Shown: positions 50,977-64,000 of the stretch, one piece after another
Layout of the letters: each line of letters begins with the position of its first letter
Position numbering within the stretch: position 1 is the first letter of the stretch
NCBI GenBank assembly: GCA_964270895.1
Contig: OZ185444.1
Length of the DNA: 64,000 nucleotides
Reading direction: 5' to 3' (one strand)
Source of the DNA: Podarcis filfolensis
Lineage: Eukaryota
Translations under genes and position numbers: made by a program
The notes under the pieces: generated by a model
The model's input: only the letters and a program-made list of their open reading frames with translations
What the model was told of the DNA's origin: nothing
The model's database searches: none

Positions 50977-51223
50977 CATGGGAAGGCAAACTAAGGCCTG
51001 GGAGCTGGAGCTGGCCCAATCGCCTTCTAAATCCGGCCCACGGACGGTTTGGGAATCAGCATGTTTTTACATGAGTAGAATGTGTCCTTTTATTTAAAAT
51101 GCATCTCTGGGTTATTTGTGGGGCATAGGAATTTGTTCATTTCCCCTCCTTCAAAATATAGTCTGCCCCCCCAAGGTATTGAGGGACAGTGGACCGGACC
51201 CCTGCTGAAAGTTTGCTGACCCG
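50977..51223. mobile_element. Non-autonomous hAT element
   Basis: Degenerate TIRs (catgggaaggcaaac / gtttgctgacccg); perfect 8-bp TSD ttcttacc. Confidence 0.8.
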
Positions 51224-52319
51224 TTCTTACCCTACTGGAAACTGACTTCATTGCTAAGGAAGCAGTAAGTGACTTGTGGCATGACTAGCTCCAGTAGGCA
51301 ATTTAATGTTCTCTTTTCATCTGCATAGGATGTAATTTGACTTGCATGATTGGCATCTAACTTCAGTACTTATGCTCTAGGGAAAGCTTTTAGTACTCTT
51401 TTAAGCAACCCTTTCTGGTGCTTAAGAAGATTAACTTACTATTGATTAGTGGTGCTTCGGAGACAGTCGATAGATTCTTCACGGCATGTGAAGTTTTAAT
51501 TCCCACAAAAGGTCCCATCCCCACTCCCCTTTTAAGGCAGTTCCAGTATATAGGAACAGATTGATTTTTTGCCTTTTGTTTCAAGATTTTCAACAAAAGG
51601 CTGCAGGAGACCATTTGTGAAATAGGTGGTTTCCATAAACATTAGGAGTGTTAAGTGCTTCAGGAGGGATTACTCAGGATGTGACTTTGCCCACACACAT
51701 TTTAAGAAGCGCAGTGCGTGGCACTTGCTTTTCCTTCTCAGGAGAAGCAACCCTGTTCAGCTTTATTGCGCTCCACAGATATTGGCTGTAGTTGCAGCAA
51801 GCCGGGCTGCTTCCAGGGAAAGCTCGCTCCCTGACGCTGCTGCTTCTCTTCTGGGCGCTGGAGTGGTGGGGGCTAGGGCTGGAGCCGGGTTTTCCCCTCT
51901 CACACCTGCAGCCAGGGGGTCTGGCTTAATAGACTGCATTAAAGTATAAACAACGCTTTTATATGCACTGGGAAAGAAAAGAAAGAAGTTTGACTCCCTT
52001 TACTGTGATATTTGTTTTAATACAGTGGTCTGGAATATCTCTGAGGTATGCCTGTATTTCTGATACACTCACAAGGTAAAAACATGAGGAGAAATAAATA
52101 TAAATAAAATAAACTTTTGTGTTCATTCATGGCCAGAACTAGCTTGTAAATATAGGAAGCAAGGGTACAGCCAGACTTCTGAAAGTGATTATTGACACCA
52201 ACTCCTACAGACAGACATCAGAGACAGCTGAAGGATCTGCACCACATCTTTATGTTCTGGTGGCAGTTTGCAAACAATATACTGCAGTGACTATATCTTG
52301 TACTTAGTAGAATATACAC

Positions 52320-52325
52320 TTTATT
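52320..52325 (-). terminator. Candidate distal TEF polyadenylation signal
   Basis: Minus-strand AATAAA ending a strongly 3'UTR-like U-rich block (52330-52900). Confidence 0.45.
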
Positions 52326-54696
52326 TTTTTTAAGGGGGAAAAATCCAACAATTCAATACAGTCAAAACTTTACATTTTTAAAACAAAAGCATTCTTTTTA
52401 AAAAGACACTTAGCAGAGAGACTTACATACCCAGACAATCCACCATCAGAGAGCTCATATCCTTAATTCTATCATTTAGAAAGTGTCATAAAAATGAATA
52501 CCAGGTAGGCTTTGAATATGAAAATGTGTGGTTTTTTTTCTTACCAGGAGTATCATTTTTAAGTCCTTTCAACAGTCATCCATTATTCATTTGTGTGTAC
52601 AGTAAAAAAAATGGGTAGGGATAGACATTTTTACCCTGATGTTTTTATAAATGGTAACGGTCCTACTATGTAGTGCCTTAAAATCCATGACTGAAAAGCA
52701 TTTTATATACTAATCTACACACTTTCACTCAGTACATACTGGAACACATCAAAGAGAAATGCAAATGTTGTACAGCAAAAACAAAGAGTAGTTTTGACCA
52801 AAAAAGGTCACATTTTATATTGCAGTCACATTTCCCCTGTTTAATGACAAATGGAGATAAACGCTCACCTGCTGCTCCAAATGAACAGAATGAACTAAAG
52901 ACAATGAAACTCCTGAGTAGTTAATCTCTCTAACTATGGAAAAATAACATAGCTACGCTGCAGGATTATCTGAGAACATATTTTTAAAGGGACACTGTAT
53001 TCAGCTATGTTATAAGCAGACCAAGCTTTCCATGCCAATGATAATGGAGTTTTAACAGCAGAAATAATGTCACTAAGCTGGAGAAATGCTAAGGGAAGTA
53101 TGTTGCATGCAACAGATGCCAATGTAGAATACTGACAAAAAAAATATATTTCCAAATTCATCTACCATTTTTTTATGGCTAAGCTACCATAAACCTAATG
53201 TATAGTGTGCTGAATGACAATTCACACCAGGCTGGTGCAAAGAGCACGTATCAACACAACATTCAGAGTAGTTTGCGTTTCTGAAATCATCATGTGCTTT
53301 TTGTCAACAGGAATTAATGCATGAGGATACTGCTAACTGGCAAGATAGGCTTGCCTCCAAACAAAACCAGTTGAGCATGATTATGAATAAACTCGAGTGA
53401 CCACAGAAATAGCTCCCATGCCAATTCTCAGTGTCTCTGCTTTTTGTGGTTTATTAAACATTTTGTAAATAGCATCACAAACCAAAGCTCTACAATAATT
53501 TAATTTTGCTTGATTTCTGCAGTTTTCTAAGAAACAAAATCCTCAAACCATGCTACATTAAAATATCTTAATGAGTTTGCAGAGGTTACAGTGAAAGCAC
53601 TTATTACTCCAGGAGGACTGAGATTAATATTAAAGTGTATTTACATATTTTGTCGTACAAAATACAGTATTCCAATAATCATGTTATTACTGTGTTTCAG
53701 ACACAAATGGAAAAACACTACACTTCTGCTATTCTGGACCCAACTAAACACCTTGCCAGCTGATGCTTCAAAGCACAAGTTAATTGTTATCCTAGTTCAG
53801 CAAAACAATACAAAGAACACCTCAGCCTCAGTTTTGTATTAGGAGGCTGCCTTGCTGATTAATTCAGATAAAGTTCACAAGACAGCACTACTAGGAACCA
53901 CAAGTAAGAACCATGTGCATTAATGGAGCAGTGGGGGAGGTTATGTGTGGGGAAAGATCTGTTATTAAGAGTCTGAAAAATAGAATTATTATATTCCCTC
54001 CTCAGCCTCACCTACTTTTCATTATAATTAGATAGTACAAGTTCACCAGAAAGATAATCAAGTTGACAAGCTTTCACATCAAAAGCAATTCTCATTATAA
54101 ATTAACTCAAATGAAGAGAATTAGTATCTAAACTTCACAATGAGAATGACTTTGAACTCAGCAATGCCTTGTCTCTTACAACGTTGCATCTTCCTTGCTG
54201 GGCATCATCCAGCCAGGAGAGCTTAAACTTGTGTTGTTTTCATAAGAAAGATGTTTAGCAAGGCGGGGCGGACATGCCAGGCATTGCCATTGTGAGGGAA
54301 TGTAGTTGCCATTAAGTATTTTTATAGGTTCTGTGACAAATTTGGGAAAAACAGATGTAATATATATGGAGTATGTTTTGGAGCCACAGGGGGAGAGAGG
54401 GTGTTTTATTCCGACTACACCCAGTGAAATTACTGGACCTAATTTAAGTGAGGTTCGTTAGTTTCAATGGGTCTATTTTGAGTAAAACATAGTTGCGTAG
54501 CTTAGTTGAGTAAAACATCCCGTGAATTCTTCCCTGCTTCTCAGCTTAATGAGATCTGCATACCAGTGAATTCAATGCTGGCTCAGAAATCAGCCTTGCC
54601 TTATTCTGTTAATGAAAAAAGGACAAAAGTGTTTTTTAAAGTGGAAAACTGTGTGTGTGTGTATTGTTCTGGTTGCCATCCTATCAATGCCACATG

Positions 54697-55043
54697 CAGC
54701 GGCGGAGCATATGCCTGCACTGCCCAGGGTGGGCGTGCTCCCGAGGGGGTCAGAACGCGGCACAGAGGGTGCCCTCCCAGGCGCAGGATAGCCACTCGGG
54801 TGCACAGAGCGGTGCACGCGCCCTGCAGCTGGGGGTGGAGGGAGCCACTGAGGGCGGACATTCCCCCCCCCCTCCAGTTGTCAAAACGAAGGGGGAAGGG
54901 GGGAATGCTGCCAGCAAAGTGGCGCAGCTCCCCCTTCCCCCGACGGCTTGGGGTAGGCTTCGGCAGCACACCGAATGTCACCCCCCTGAGCGAAGACACC
55001 TGGGGGAACCTGCCCCCATCGCACCTCCCTTCCTCCGCCCCTG
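54697..55043. mobile_element. GC-rich non-autonomous hAT element (347 bp)
   Basis: TIR CAGCGGCGGAGC / CCTCCGCCCCTG; perfect 8-bp TSD gccacatg at 54689-54696 and 55044-55051. Confidence 0.88.
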
Positions 55044-57884
55044 GCCACATGCACACCTGGCTTGGGCTGCAAACTTGCGAAACAGTTTTTTGATATTTTA
55101 TTTTCTTTGTTTTTAAAGAACATGCTTGAACAAGATGAAGCTTCTTCCAAACAAATCTCACAGGTCACATCTGTCTTCTCTCTCTAACTGGTTTTCAAAC
55201 TAAAAAAGGGACAGTAATCAGTTAAGAATTTTCGATTTGCCAGCATTGTCACGGCTATGCACACTGCACAGAGGCAAACCTCAGATCTGTCACAGACTGT
55301 GTGCTCCATAATGAGGTGCAGTTAATCAAGGCTGCCTGGAGATGTGTCCATGGATGCCTGAGGCTCCAGCATTGCAGGTGAAGCCAAGCAGGTGTGGACC
55401 TGATCAATTATTTGGATGGGAGACTATTGGGGGCATCCCAGCTAGATGGGTGGGGTATAAATAATAAAATTATTCTAATTATAATTATGTATACGCAGGA
55501 TATAAAATTATATATTAAGTGCGTCTGCGTGATGTATGTTTGCAAACACATGGTTATCACACTCACAAAATTTAGGTGAGCATTTAAAAAGGCAGATCTA
55601 AAAGGGTGCACACATGAAATACATGAAGTAGATATTTAGCTGAAGAGTATATGAATACTAGTGAATCAGTGTACACATTTTTCCAGGAAAGCAGAGGTGC
55701 ATATACAAAAAGATAGATAATGCGCCTTTTTTTCCTTAGCAAAGGTTCAGATTTGAAAGATTTCTGTTACTCTAGAAGTTGAAACAATTCAGTTTTGTAT
55801 AGCTGCCTTTAGTGGGTGAATCAGCCTCAACATGAGTATATGTGTTAAAACATCCCCAAATTCTGGGGGTTTTTTTGTTTTTGGGGTGGGGGTAGAAAAA
55901 ACACTGAACTAGATGCTTATGGCCCAGAGGTGTTTAGGAATTCTGTAAAAAAACAACACCATAGATTCTAGTATGTCTTAACTATTCAAAATATATTTGC
56001 TCTTAACAATTTTACAGTATCTCTGTAAGCTTTAGCTGCTGGTTCTCTTTTACTGCACCTGTTATCTTGATACCTGACAGAAGGACTGCCCACTAGGGAG
56101 TACTAGAAGCAAGCTCTACATCTAGAATACTTGGTTATTCGGCACAATACAGCACAACACAGCACAGAAAGGGAAAGTGCCAATGAATATCTTTTTTTAA
56201 AAAACCCACCTGCAAAGACATTGGGAATTTATACAAAACAGCAACCAAGATTAATATCATAGGTTTAATATAAAAACTTATAAAGGCTTCAGCACCCACA
56301 GCACTAAATATATGCCTCCATTACTTCTTGAATGAATGATACAAAAGTAATGAATAAGGGAAAACTCCACCAAAATTTCACATGAAACCTGCACAGAGAT
56401 TGATCACAAAGAACCACAAATTATCCCTTAAACCTAAATCATTGCTCTAGTTGCAAAGTAGAAATCTCACATGACTATTAAAGAATGATTAAAAACCAAT
56501 AAACAGAGTTAAATGCCTATGCTAAGCCTGTACAATGAAATGAAATCTTTAAGAAAAGGAAGATCAGCTTCTAAATTATTATTTAGAAATTATTATTATT
56601 ATTCAATTAATTTCATCTATGGATGAAATTCAGTTAGGGGGATATTTTATTTCAATCTCTCTCAAGGGGATGATCATGTACATTAAGATTACCATAACAA
56701 AATTCTCTATTATATAGATCATTTGCTTTTGAAGATTTTCTTTCTTGTCCACAATATTTATTAAAAAATTAAAAGTTGTTAACCCTTGGATCTTCAGTGG
56801 CATGTTGATAGTAACTGGGTAACCATAAAGAGATTACTGTTCCCCTCAAACTGTTCCCAGCAAGGTCTGTAATCCTACAGATCACACTCTGGTCATTCCA
56901 TTATATAATTAAACAGCAGTATGTAGAAGAGTTTGCATACTTATAGCAGGCATCCTGCACTATTTCTTTGGACAAATTAATGTTAAACGTTAGTGCAAAT
57001 TAAGAACATTATTCTCTACTGTTATCACTATATATTGGTTACCAAGATGAAGAGGAAGGTGGAAGACCTGGTTATGCTAATGATATATTATCTACCTCCC
57101 ATACCAAAGAAATAATGCATTTTAAAGAAACAAAGTTGTAAAGTCACATGATGTTTAATGTGTCTCATTTGTTTATCCTGGGAAGAGTATTACAACTGCT
57201 TCATCTTCCTACACAAAGGTACACGTAAAGTTAAACATATAACCTTTGCATCGTGTTGTACAACACATGCAAATCATCGAAGTGACTAACCAAAGCACAT
57301 TAAATGTGGGAATTCATATTCTATTTCAGTTGATTTGTGCTATAAAATGGCTGGAGAACTAAAATTATTAACAGCTATCATGAAGAGCCATATATTACAT
57401 TTCTAATGTAACACACACAGGTATTGGAAATCTGGCTCCAACTGCAAGTTATAAGGGTATGCAGCACATCATTTGGATTAGTACTACAATTCTGATATTA
57501 TTTTCTTTCTGTGTGTATTTAATCGTTATACCAATCTTCTCCAACTTTTGAGAGATTCTATAAAGAGCCCACAGTCAATTTTACTAAGTAATATGCACAC
57601 TGGTGCATTAATTGCAAACAATTAAAATAGTACAGGCAATTTCTTAATTTTGTGGGGATTACGCTTTGAAAACAGCAGAAAATCAGTGTTTTGCAAAATG
57701 TAATCTACTAGCATAGTTGTGTTGGGACTTTCCTGTCAAGTCCAACTTCTGAATCTGAAACAGCAATCTTGAAGCCTCTTGTGCTAAGCAGGGATTGCCA
57801 GCATTGAACTGTACACCAAAAAAATCCCGTGTTGCAAACAGAGCACTCTAAACAACAACAAGCAACACGTTGGCTAATAATGTA

Positions 57885-58058
57885 CTGACAATATTTTTAT
57901 AACATTACACTGTTTCAAAATTCATAAACAGAAAACATGTGCATGGAGTCACAAATTAATAAGAATTGAATAAATGGAACATCCATGCACATGACTCCAT
58001 GCACATGTTTTCTGTTTATGAATTTTGAAACAGTATAACGTTATAAAAATATTGTCAG
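57885..58058. repeat. 67-bp inverted repeat with 40-nt spacer
   Basis: 57885-57951 is the reverse complement of 57992-58058 at 65/67 positions. Confidence 0.95.
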
Positions 58059-61000
58059 CATTGAACTGTAGGCACAATAGTGCCTCTGAGGTCTTCCCAT
58101 GGTTCCGACAGGCCAAATGAGCCCCTCTTACTTTCTGCCCTTTTAATGAGCTGGAATGCATAGAGCTGAATGAGGAAATTGGAAGCATGATGCTTATTTT
58201 CACTTTCTCTTTTAGCGCCATGTCCTTTGCAAGGCCCAGAATAATCATTCTGGATAAGATCACTTGGAAAAGTGATCTTCTTTCTGTGGGGAGGCTGATC
58301 TGGCTGAGGGAAGTGGCCAGAAGGGATGGTGCACTTGTTCAAAATTTCAAAGCCTAAAAAAGTTAGCAACCTCTGTGCTATGCTTTCCTAATCAACTGAT
58401 GGAAGCCTGCTAACCCAGTCATTAGTCCTATGACAAATTGGTGTGGGTTTTATCCAGTTTTGAAATATATCTATTCTTGACACATTTCAAGTTTCATGTA
58501 GCTCATACTCAGGGTGTAACTTCTACAGAATTGAAATGCCCTATTTCCACAAGCTATTTTGCTGTCCCTAGGGTCTAAGCAACAGGTTCTGCTACCACAT
58601 AGGCATGCATCTGATGGGATATTCCAACTGTGCTATGTCTGATGCTTCAGATTAATGAGTCCAATGCTCATCATACTATGTTCAGGCACTCAAGTGAAAT
58701 TCAGAAATCTTTAAGGGAAAAATAGTAGGGGAAAACAGCATAAACGTTGCTTATTTTATTTCTAACATGTACAGGACCAGGTAGAAGTGAAAATCAGCAA
58801 TTATTCCGTAATTATTCAGTTGGGGCAATCAGAAGGCCACCCCAATTTTGATAAGGGACTTGGGGCAATTTGTTCAGCAAGAAAAAGTAAACTAGATGTT
58901 GAACTTGCATCTTCTAGAAGATAGGCAACAGCAGATAAAATGAGTAACTGAGTGAATAACTGAGTCACCCTACTATCGCAACCTGTCCTTTTATTATACT
59001 GCTCCCTCTTCATTACACATCTAGGTTTATGAAAGTAAGGAAACAGAAATCTCTTAGGATTATTACAAGGAGTAGATTGTGAAAATGCATCAGCATGCCA
59101 TCACAATCATTCTATTGTCAGTCAGCAAGCTTAAGAAAAAGTGCTAATTTCAGAAAGTGAGTGTCAGCTTTAATCAGCCGAGAAAATAAGGTGCATCTAA
59201 CTTGCTAGCATTTGTTAAGATATAGTGCATCTTGGGGTACGTGTTATTTTCCATTACTTCTATTTTAATTGATATGTTGGTTGTATAGTGTACCAAAACT
59301 ATTTCTTTTTAATCTGTTTTCCACATATGCTGTTTCTGTTCCAATAGTACAAGATACAATAGATTAACAGAATTTAGCTGCAATATTGATATCCATTCTA
59401 AAGCACAGAACAGATATGAAAAAGAAACACAGAAGGAAATCTTGAATAATTATAGTTATATTCCCTTAATACTTGCCCCTTCCTCCCAATAAAGGATCAC
59501 CACTAATTATTCAAACTGAACTCAAGGACACGAGCACCAAGTGTCATTGAAAAGAGTTAATAACTGTACTGCATGTTGTGGGTACAAGGAAAAATAGCAG
59601 TACAACAGAAATGTACCCTTAGAGACCTTGGTCTTTTCATCATGCTCAGCCCTTGGGTAGTTCAGAGGGAGGTACTTGCAGGCAAGCAGGGTCATCATCA
59701 GTTGTGGAACACCTCACATCTTTCACTATTCATTCTGATGGCAGGTGGTTTCATGTGTAGTTTTTAGTTTCTTTGTGATTTTAAGAGTCTTTAAAGTTGC
59801 ATCACTCGGAATCGGATAAGTCACTTTAAACAAAGCAAAGCAAGAATATGACTATTTATAAAACAGCATATTGTTACATTCACTCTCAGGGATGTTACCA
59901 ATTCCCTATTATAAAGGAAACAGACTACTTGGGGAGCAGTACACTAGCACTGACAGTAAAACCACTCCGCTGAGTCAAGGTATCACGAGAAGGAACAACA
60001 ATTCTAGGAAATTTATTTTAACTGCACAAAATTAAACTGCTTCCCATTTCTATCAATAAGCCATGGTAGAGCTTTTCCAACTGTTGATCCATACCCAATA
60101 CCTGGTGTTTTTTAACACTACTAACGTGACCTCCCTTTAAAAAGTGGGTGGGTGGGCACAAAGGAGGACTGTTACTGGCTGCAGCACATCTAGATTATAT
60201 TATCCTAAAACAGCAGCAATGTCCCAAACATTGCCTTTAAGAAAAACCTCCATTCTGCCTGAAAGCTAGTTCAGCATTCAGACATTTTTCTCTCCTTGAT
60301 CATTAAGAAAGCGTATTACATGCTGAAAAAAATTGCTACAAGGGGATGTGTGCACCTGAACTGGCTCTGCTAAAATTCAAGGTACCCACTTACTTCTGTA
60401 TTACTGACATTCTTATGTATCCTTGCAACCAATGGCCTTGAAGAAGGTCTCCAGGATTACACCAATGTATGCTGCTTTAGCTGGAGGAGGTTATTAGCAG
60501 CTAACAGCAGCTATGGGGAAAGCCTTGTGTGTTCTTTTCAAGATAAGCACTAAAATATGCTTGAGACATGACATGCAGCTGTCAGGGAAACCATATGCAA
60601 GGCAACCCAAAAGGATGAATAAATTAAATAGCTTGCAGCAAGGTAATGTGCCCCACCCACCTCTTACATTGGTCAGGTCAGAACCAACACTGTAGCAAAG
60701 CATCACTTTAATGGGTCTAAAGCAAGCTCTCCCAGGACTAATATTACCCTACAACTCTAGGTCACAAATATTGTGGCTCATTACTTTTTAATAAAAATAA
60801 GAATATACTCCTTTGAAGAATTAAGTGCAGGAATTTACTATAATGAATTGAACCTGTAATTTAAGTGAATATGGTTATTTTCTCAACAGCCACTCATATT
60901 AGTTAAAAAAACTAATGCAAGTGATTTGGAGACAAATTGCTTAAATGAAAGTAAAAAAATCCAAATCAATAAAGAGGAAATGCTTCCATTTTACAATATG

Positions 61001-61072
61001 CAAAGGAATTTATAAATTTTTTCAGAAGTAATACCCCCACAGCAGTGTTGTTTGGACAGATACACAGCTGAT

Positions 61073-61160
61073 AAGGTTGCAATCCAAAGCCCACTTATTT
61101 GTAAGTCCAATTGCATTCAACAGGACTTACTTCTGAGTAGTCACATTTAGGATTGAAGCC
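61073..61160. mobile_element. Short palindromic MITE-like repeat
   Basis: aaggttgcaatcc...taggattgaagcc; same family as 13413-13500. Confidence 0.55.
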
Positions 61161-61671
61161 AAAGCCTCATTTCTGCCCAAAAGAATCAAAAGGCCCAGAA
61201 CTGAAAAGAAGATTCATACTTGTTCTCAAAGTAAGAGAAAACGATCAGTCCTGCACATCATATTATTTTATATGTATAACTTGGAAAAGGGAGCAATTAC
61301 AAAATTATTTCAGCATGATTCCTTCCACATTATATAATTTGTTTTAAAGGAAAATACTTTTGAACCATTTGCCTTCCATTCCAGACATGACAGCAGTAAA
61401 ACACCTGCCAGTCTAGCAACATAGACAGATTTATTCCTCAAGTTATCAAATTAGTGTTATTTGATTAGAAACACCACTCTTAAAATGTGTTAAATTTGTT
61501 TTTTAAAATATTAAAAATTGGCATATTGCAACACAAGGATCAGAAAGCGCCTGACCAAGTTGTGTCAGAAGAAGTGGATCCTGTTCAGGGTTACAGAACA
61601 ACCGAGCTACAGACATTAGTCTCTATTGAAACAGAGCAAGCCAAGGAACAAAGTAAGGGAAAAGGATTTGC

Positions 61672-61887
61672 TTACAAGGGTCCATATCTGCTCTCATATT
61701 TAGAGACAATGTTCTTGCATTTCCCCATTTCCTTTCGCAACTCTGCCACCTCGGTCCTCAGAGCTGTATTCTCCTTCTCCAGAAAGGCAGCTCGGACTGT
61801 GATCTGGTTCTCTTTCAGGCGACGAGCATCACGAGATCGTTTGGCTGCCACATTATTCTTCTTCCGCCTAGTCCAATATTTTTCATC
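61672..61887 (-). CDS. TEF: Thyrotroph embryonic factor (PAR bZIP), last coding exon
   Basis: tctctctag| then [74 protein letters not shown] (basic region plus leucine zipper); synteny with TOB2 supports TEF over DBP/HLF. Confidence 0.96.
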   Translation of the reverse strand, partial: DEKYWTRRKKNNVAAKRSRDARRLKENQITVRAAFLEKENTALRTEVAELRKEMGKCKNIVSKYESRYGPL

Positions 61888-62212
61888 CTAGAGAGAAAAT
61901 AATCAGTTCAATAGTGAAATACTTCAGGTATCAAAAAGTACCTACCATATGGCCTCTTCTTATGACCAGCTATACAACCCAGCCTAGCAAGAGTTATCTA
62001 TGCCCTAGCAACTTCCAGGAAAATTGCTGTGTCTCATATGTGGGGACTACTAAAGAAATCTGGCACAGGAAACAATCTGCTAGATTGAACAGTCCTGATC
62101 AACAGACAGAACACATCTTAAAACAGCTCCAGTGGTTACCATCCACTTCAACAGCTGGGTTTACTTATATAACAGGATTTAGTGGGACATACTGTAATTT
62201 TGCTTTATTCGA

Positions 62213-62797
62213 TCATAGAGTCTACAGTTATATGAGTTGGAAGGGACCCCAAGGGTCATCTAGTCCAACCCCCTGCAATGCAGAAATCTCAACTAAAGTA
62301 TCCATGACATATGACCATCCAACCTTTGCTTTAAAACCTCCAAGGAAGAGTCCACCACCTTCTGAGGGAGTCTGTTCCACTGTCAAACAGCTCTTACTGT
62401 CAGAAAGTTCTTCCTACTGTTTAGTTGGAATCTCCTTTCTTGTAACTTGAATCCATTGATTTGGGTTCTACCCTCCAGTGCAGGAGAAAACAAGCTTGCT
62501 CCATCTTCCATATGACAGCCCTTAAGATATTTGAAGATAGCTGTCATATCTCCTCTCACGTTTCCTCTTATCCAGGCTAAACATATCCAGTTCCCTCAAC
62601 CCTTCCTCATAAGACTTGGTTTCCATACCCCCATCATCTTAGCTGCCCTCCTTTGCTTAAGTTCAAGCTTGTCAATACTGTATCCTTCTTAAATTGTAGC
62701 ACCCAGAACTGGACACAGTACTCAAGATGTGGTCTGACCAAGGCAAAATAGAATAATTCTATTACTTCCTTTGATCAGGACACTATACTTCTGTTGA
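62213..62797 (-). mobile_element. CR1 LINE 3' fragment in TEF last intron
   Basis: gagttggaagggaccccaagggtcatctagtccaacccc.. CR1 3' end and adjoining RT-end sequence. Confidence 0.85.
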
Positions 62798-62890
62798 AAT
62801 ATAGAAATATGCTTGACCAAATGCTGGTGACCTTTAAAAGTATGTATATAAAAATATATATACACATATAACATGTATATGTGTATGTTA

Positions 62891-62916
62891 ACACACACAC
62901 ACACACACACACACAC
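62891..62916. repeat. (AC)13 microsatellite
   Basis: Read directly from the sequence. Confidence 0.95.
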
Positions 62917-63202
62917 GGTAGTTGCTAGAGAAAGATGAAGGCATTTTCACATTGCTCATACCTCTGTACCAAACAAACAATACAATGGGTCAAAAGGGGT
63001 CAGCTGATTTACTAAAAAAAAGGGGGGGAGCTGTAGGAAATACCAGTACTATGAACCAGAACAGCAAAGTAGTGAACAAACCAGCTTCCAATAACCTTTT
63101 CATTATTACCTCCCATCTATGCAATAACTCATTCTAAAAAATTACACATGAACACTGCTCTCTAACTCACATTCTAACACTGTGATAACAACCAGGTGTT
63201 AC

Positions 63203-63423
63203 CTTTTGGTCTTCCGGGACAAAGACTTTCTTGGCTTTTTTAATCATGGGCTGTGGTTTCAGGTCCTCTTCAGCAAACTTATGCTTTCTAGGGTTGAAGA
63301 GCTCACCTCCTGGAACACTGGACAGCACTAAATCAGCAGGGTCAGGGTTGAAATTCACATCAACCTCAACACACTCTGGATCAACAGGGCTGGGAGTCAG
63401 TCTCTCGTTATCTGGTGAGGATT
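63203..63423 (-). CDS. TEF: TEF penultimate coding exon (PAR domain)
   Basis: ttctttgccag| then (E)[73 protein letters not shown] |gtaaca; 221 nt. Upstream exons lie beyond the window. Confidence 0.96.
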
Positions 63424-64000
63424 CTGGCAAAGAAAAAAAATTGAAATAGGAAGTCAGTGTGAGGAACATAGCAACAAAGAAACCAAAGGGTCAAAAGCAC
63501 CCCCCCTTTATTTAACACCCCCATGTACATGGCACTTTACAAAGGAGGATATGACATGTCCTCACCCCAAGGGACTTCTGGTCTAAATCTAGACACAAAG
63601 GCGACACCCATGGTAGAGGAAGGAAGAAGGCAAGGGAAGAATGTGTGATTTTAGTTACATATCCTTGACCTTAGTTACAGGAGGATAATTAAAAGACCAC
63701 AGGGATAAAATCACTATAAAGCAGCCTTAAGGCTGTGCTGTTGTGACAGGTGTTAGTGCACCCATTTCATCCCACCAAAACACCCTGATACTTGCAGCAG
63801 GAGCTGGGATACAATCAATTTAAGCTCAGTTAACAGGTCACCTAGCTAATTTAACTCACCAAAAAAATAACCACATCAATCCATGGTATTTCGGAAATAC
63901 ACCTAAGATATGCAAGGAAACCTGGACAGCAGCAAATTGAAAGGTGACAGCAAAACTAAAAAGTACATTCCTTCTTCTAATGTCAAGCCACAGGACTGTC

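Noticed and set aside
54506-55168. Five overlapping ORFs up to 195 aa
   Set aside because: Centred on the GC-rich hAT insertion bounded by perfect TSDs; no transposase similarity.
61487-62450. Plus-strand ORFs of 134 and 178 aa
   Set aside because: Antisense shadow of the TEF bZIP exon and of the intronic CR1 fragment.

Overview
Eukaryotic (vertebrate) genomic DNA. Sauria-type SINEs and CR1 fragments point to a squamate reptile, probably a lacertid lizard (inference). Three conserved genes are present in the order and orientation known from the mammalian ACO2-PHF5A-TOB2-TEF block: complete PHF5A (+, 4 exons, 616-8887, 110 aa), complete single-coding-exon TOB2 (+, 26557-27579, 340 aa) and the last two coding exons of TEF (-, 63203-63423 and 61672-61887). 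Nearly all ORF-track entries are artefacts (CpG islands, repeats, shadows). There are many non-autonomous DNA transposons (six copies of one TA-targeting Tc1/mariner-type MITE; hAT-type elements with 8-bp TSDs), SINEs and LINE tails. Best new leads: (1) a decayed multi-exon PMP22/EMP/LIM2 (claudin-superfamily) gene between PHF5A and TOB2 that the ORF track misses; (2) a 67-bp inverted repeat downstream of TEF that is fully paired only on the TEF-sense strand; (3) splice-site features in PHF5A suggesting NMD autoregulation and a 3'UTR swap; (4) an orphan ZNF143/CCAAT promoter-like island; (5) a convergent CTCF pair enclosing MEF2/CRE/D-box/E-box modules between TOB2 and TEF. All homology calls are from recalled sequences aligned by eye; no database search was run. 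No prokaryote-type system (CRISPR etc.) is present.
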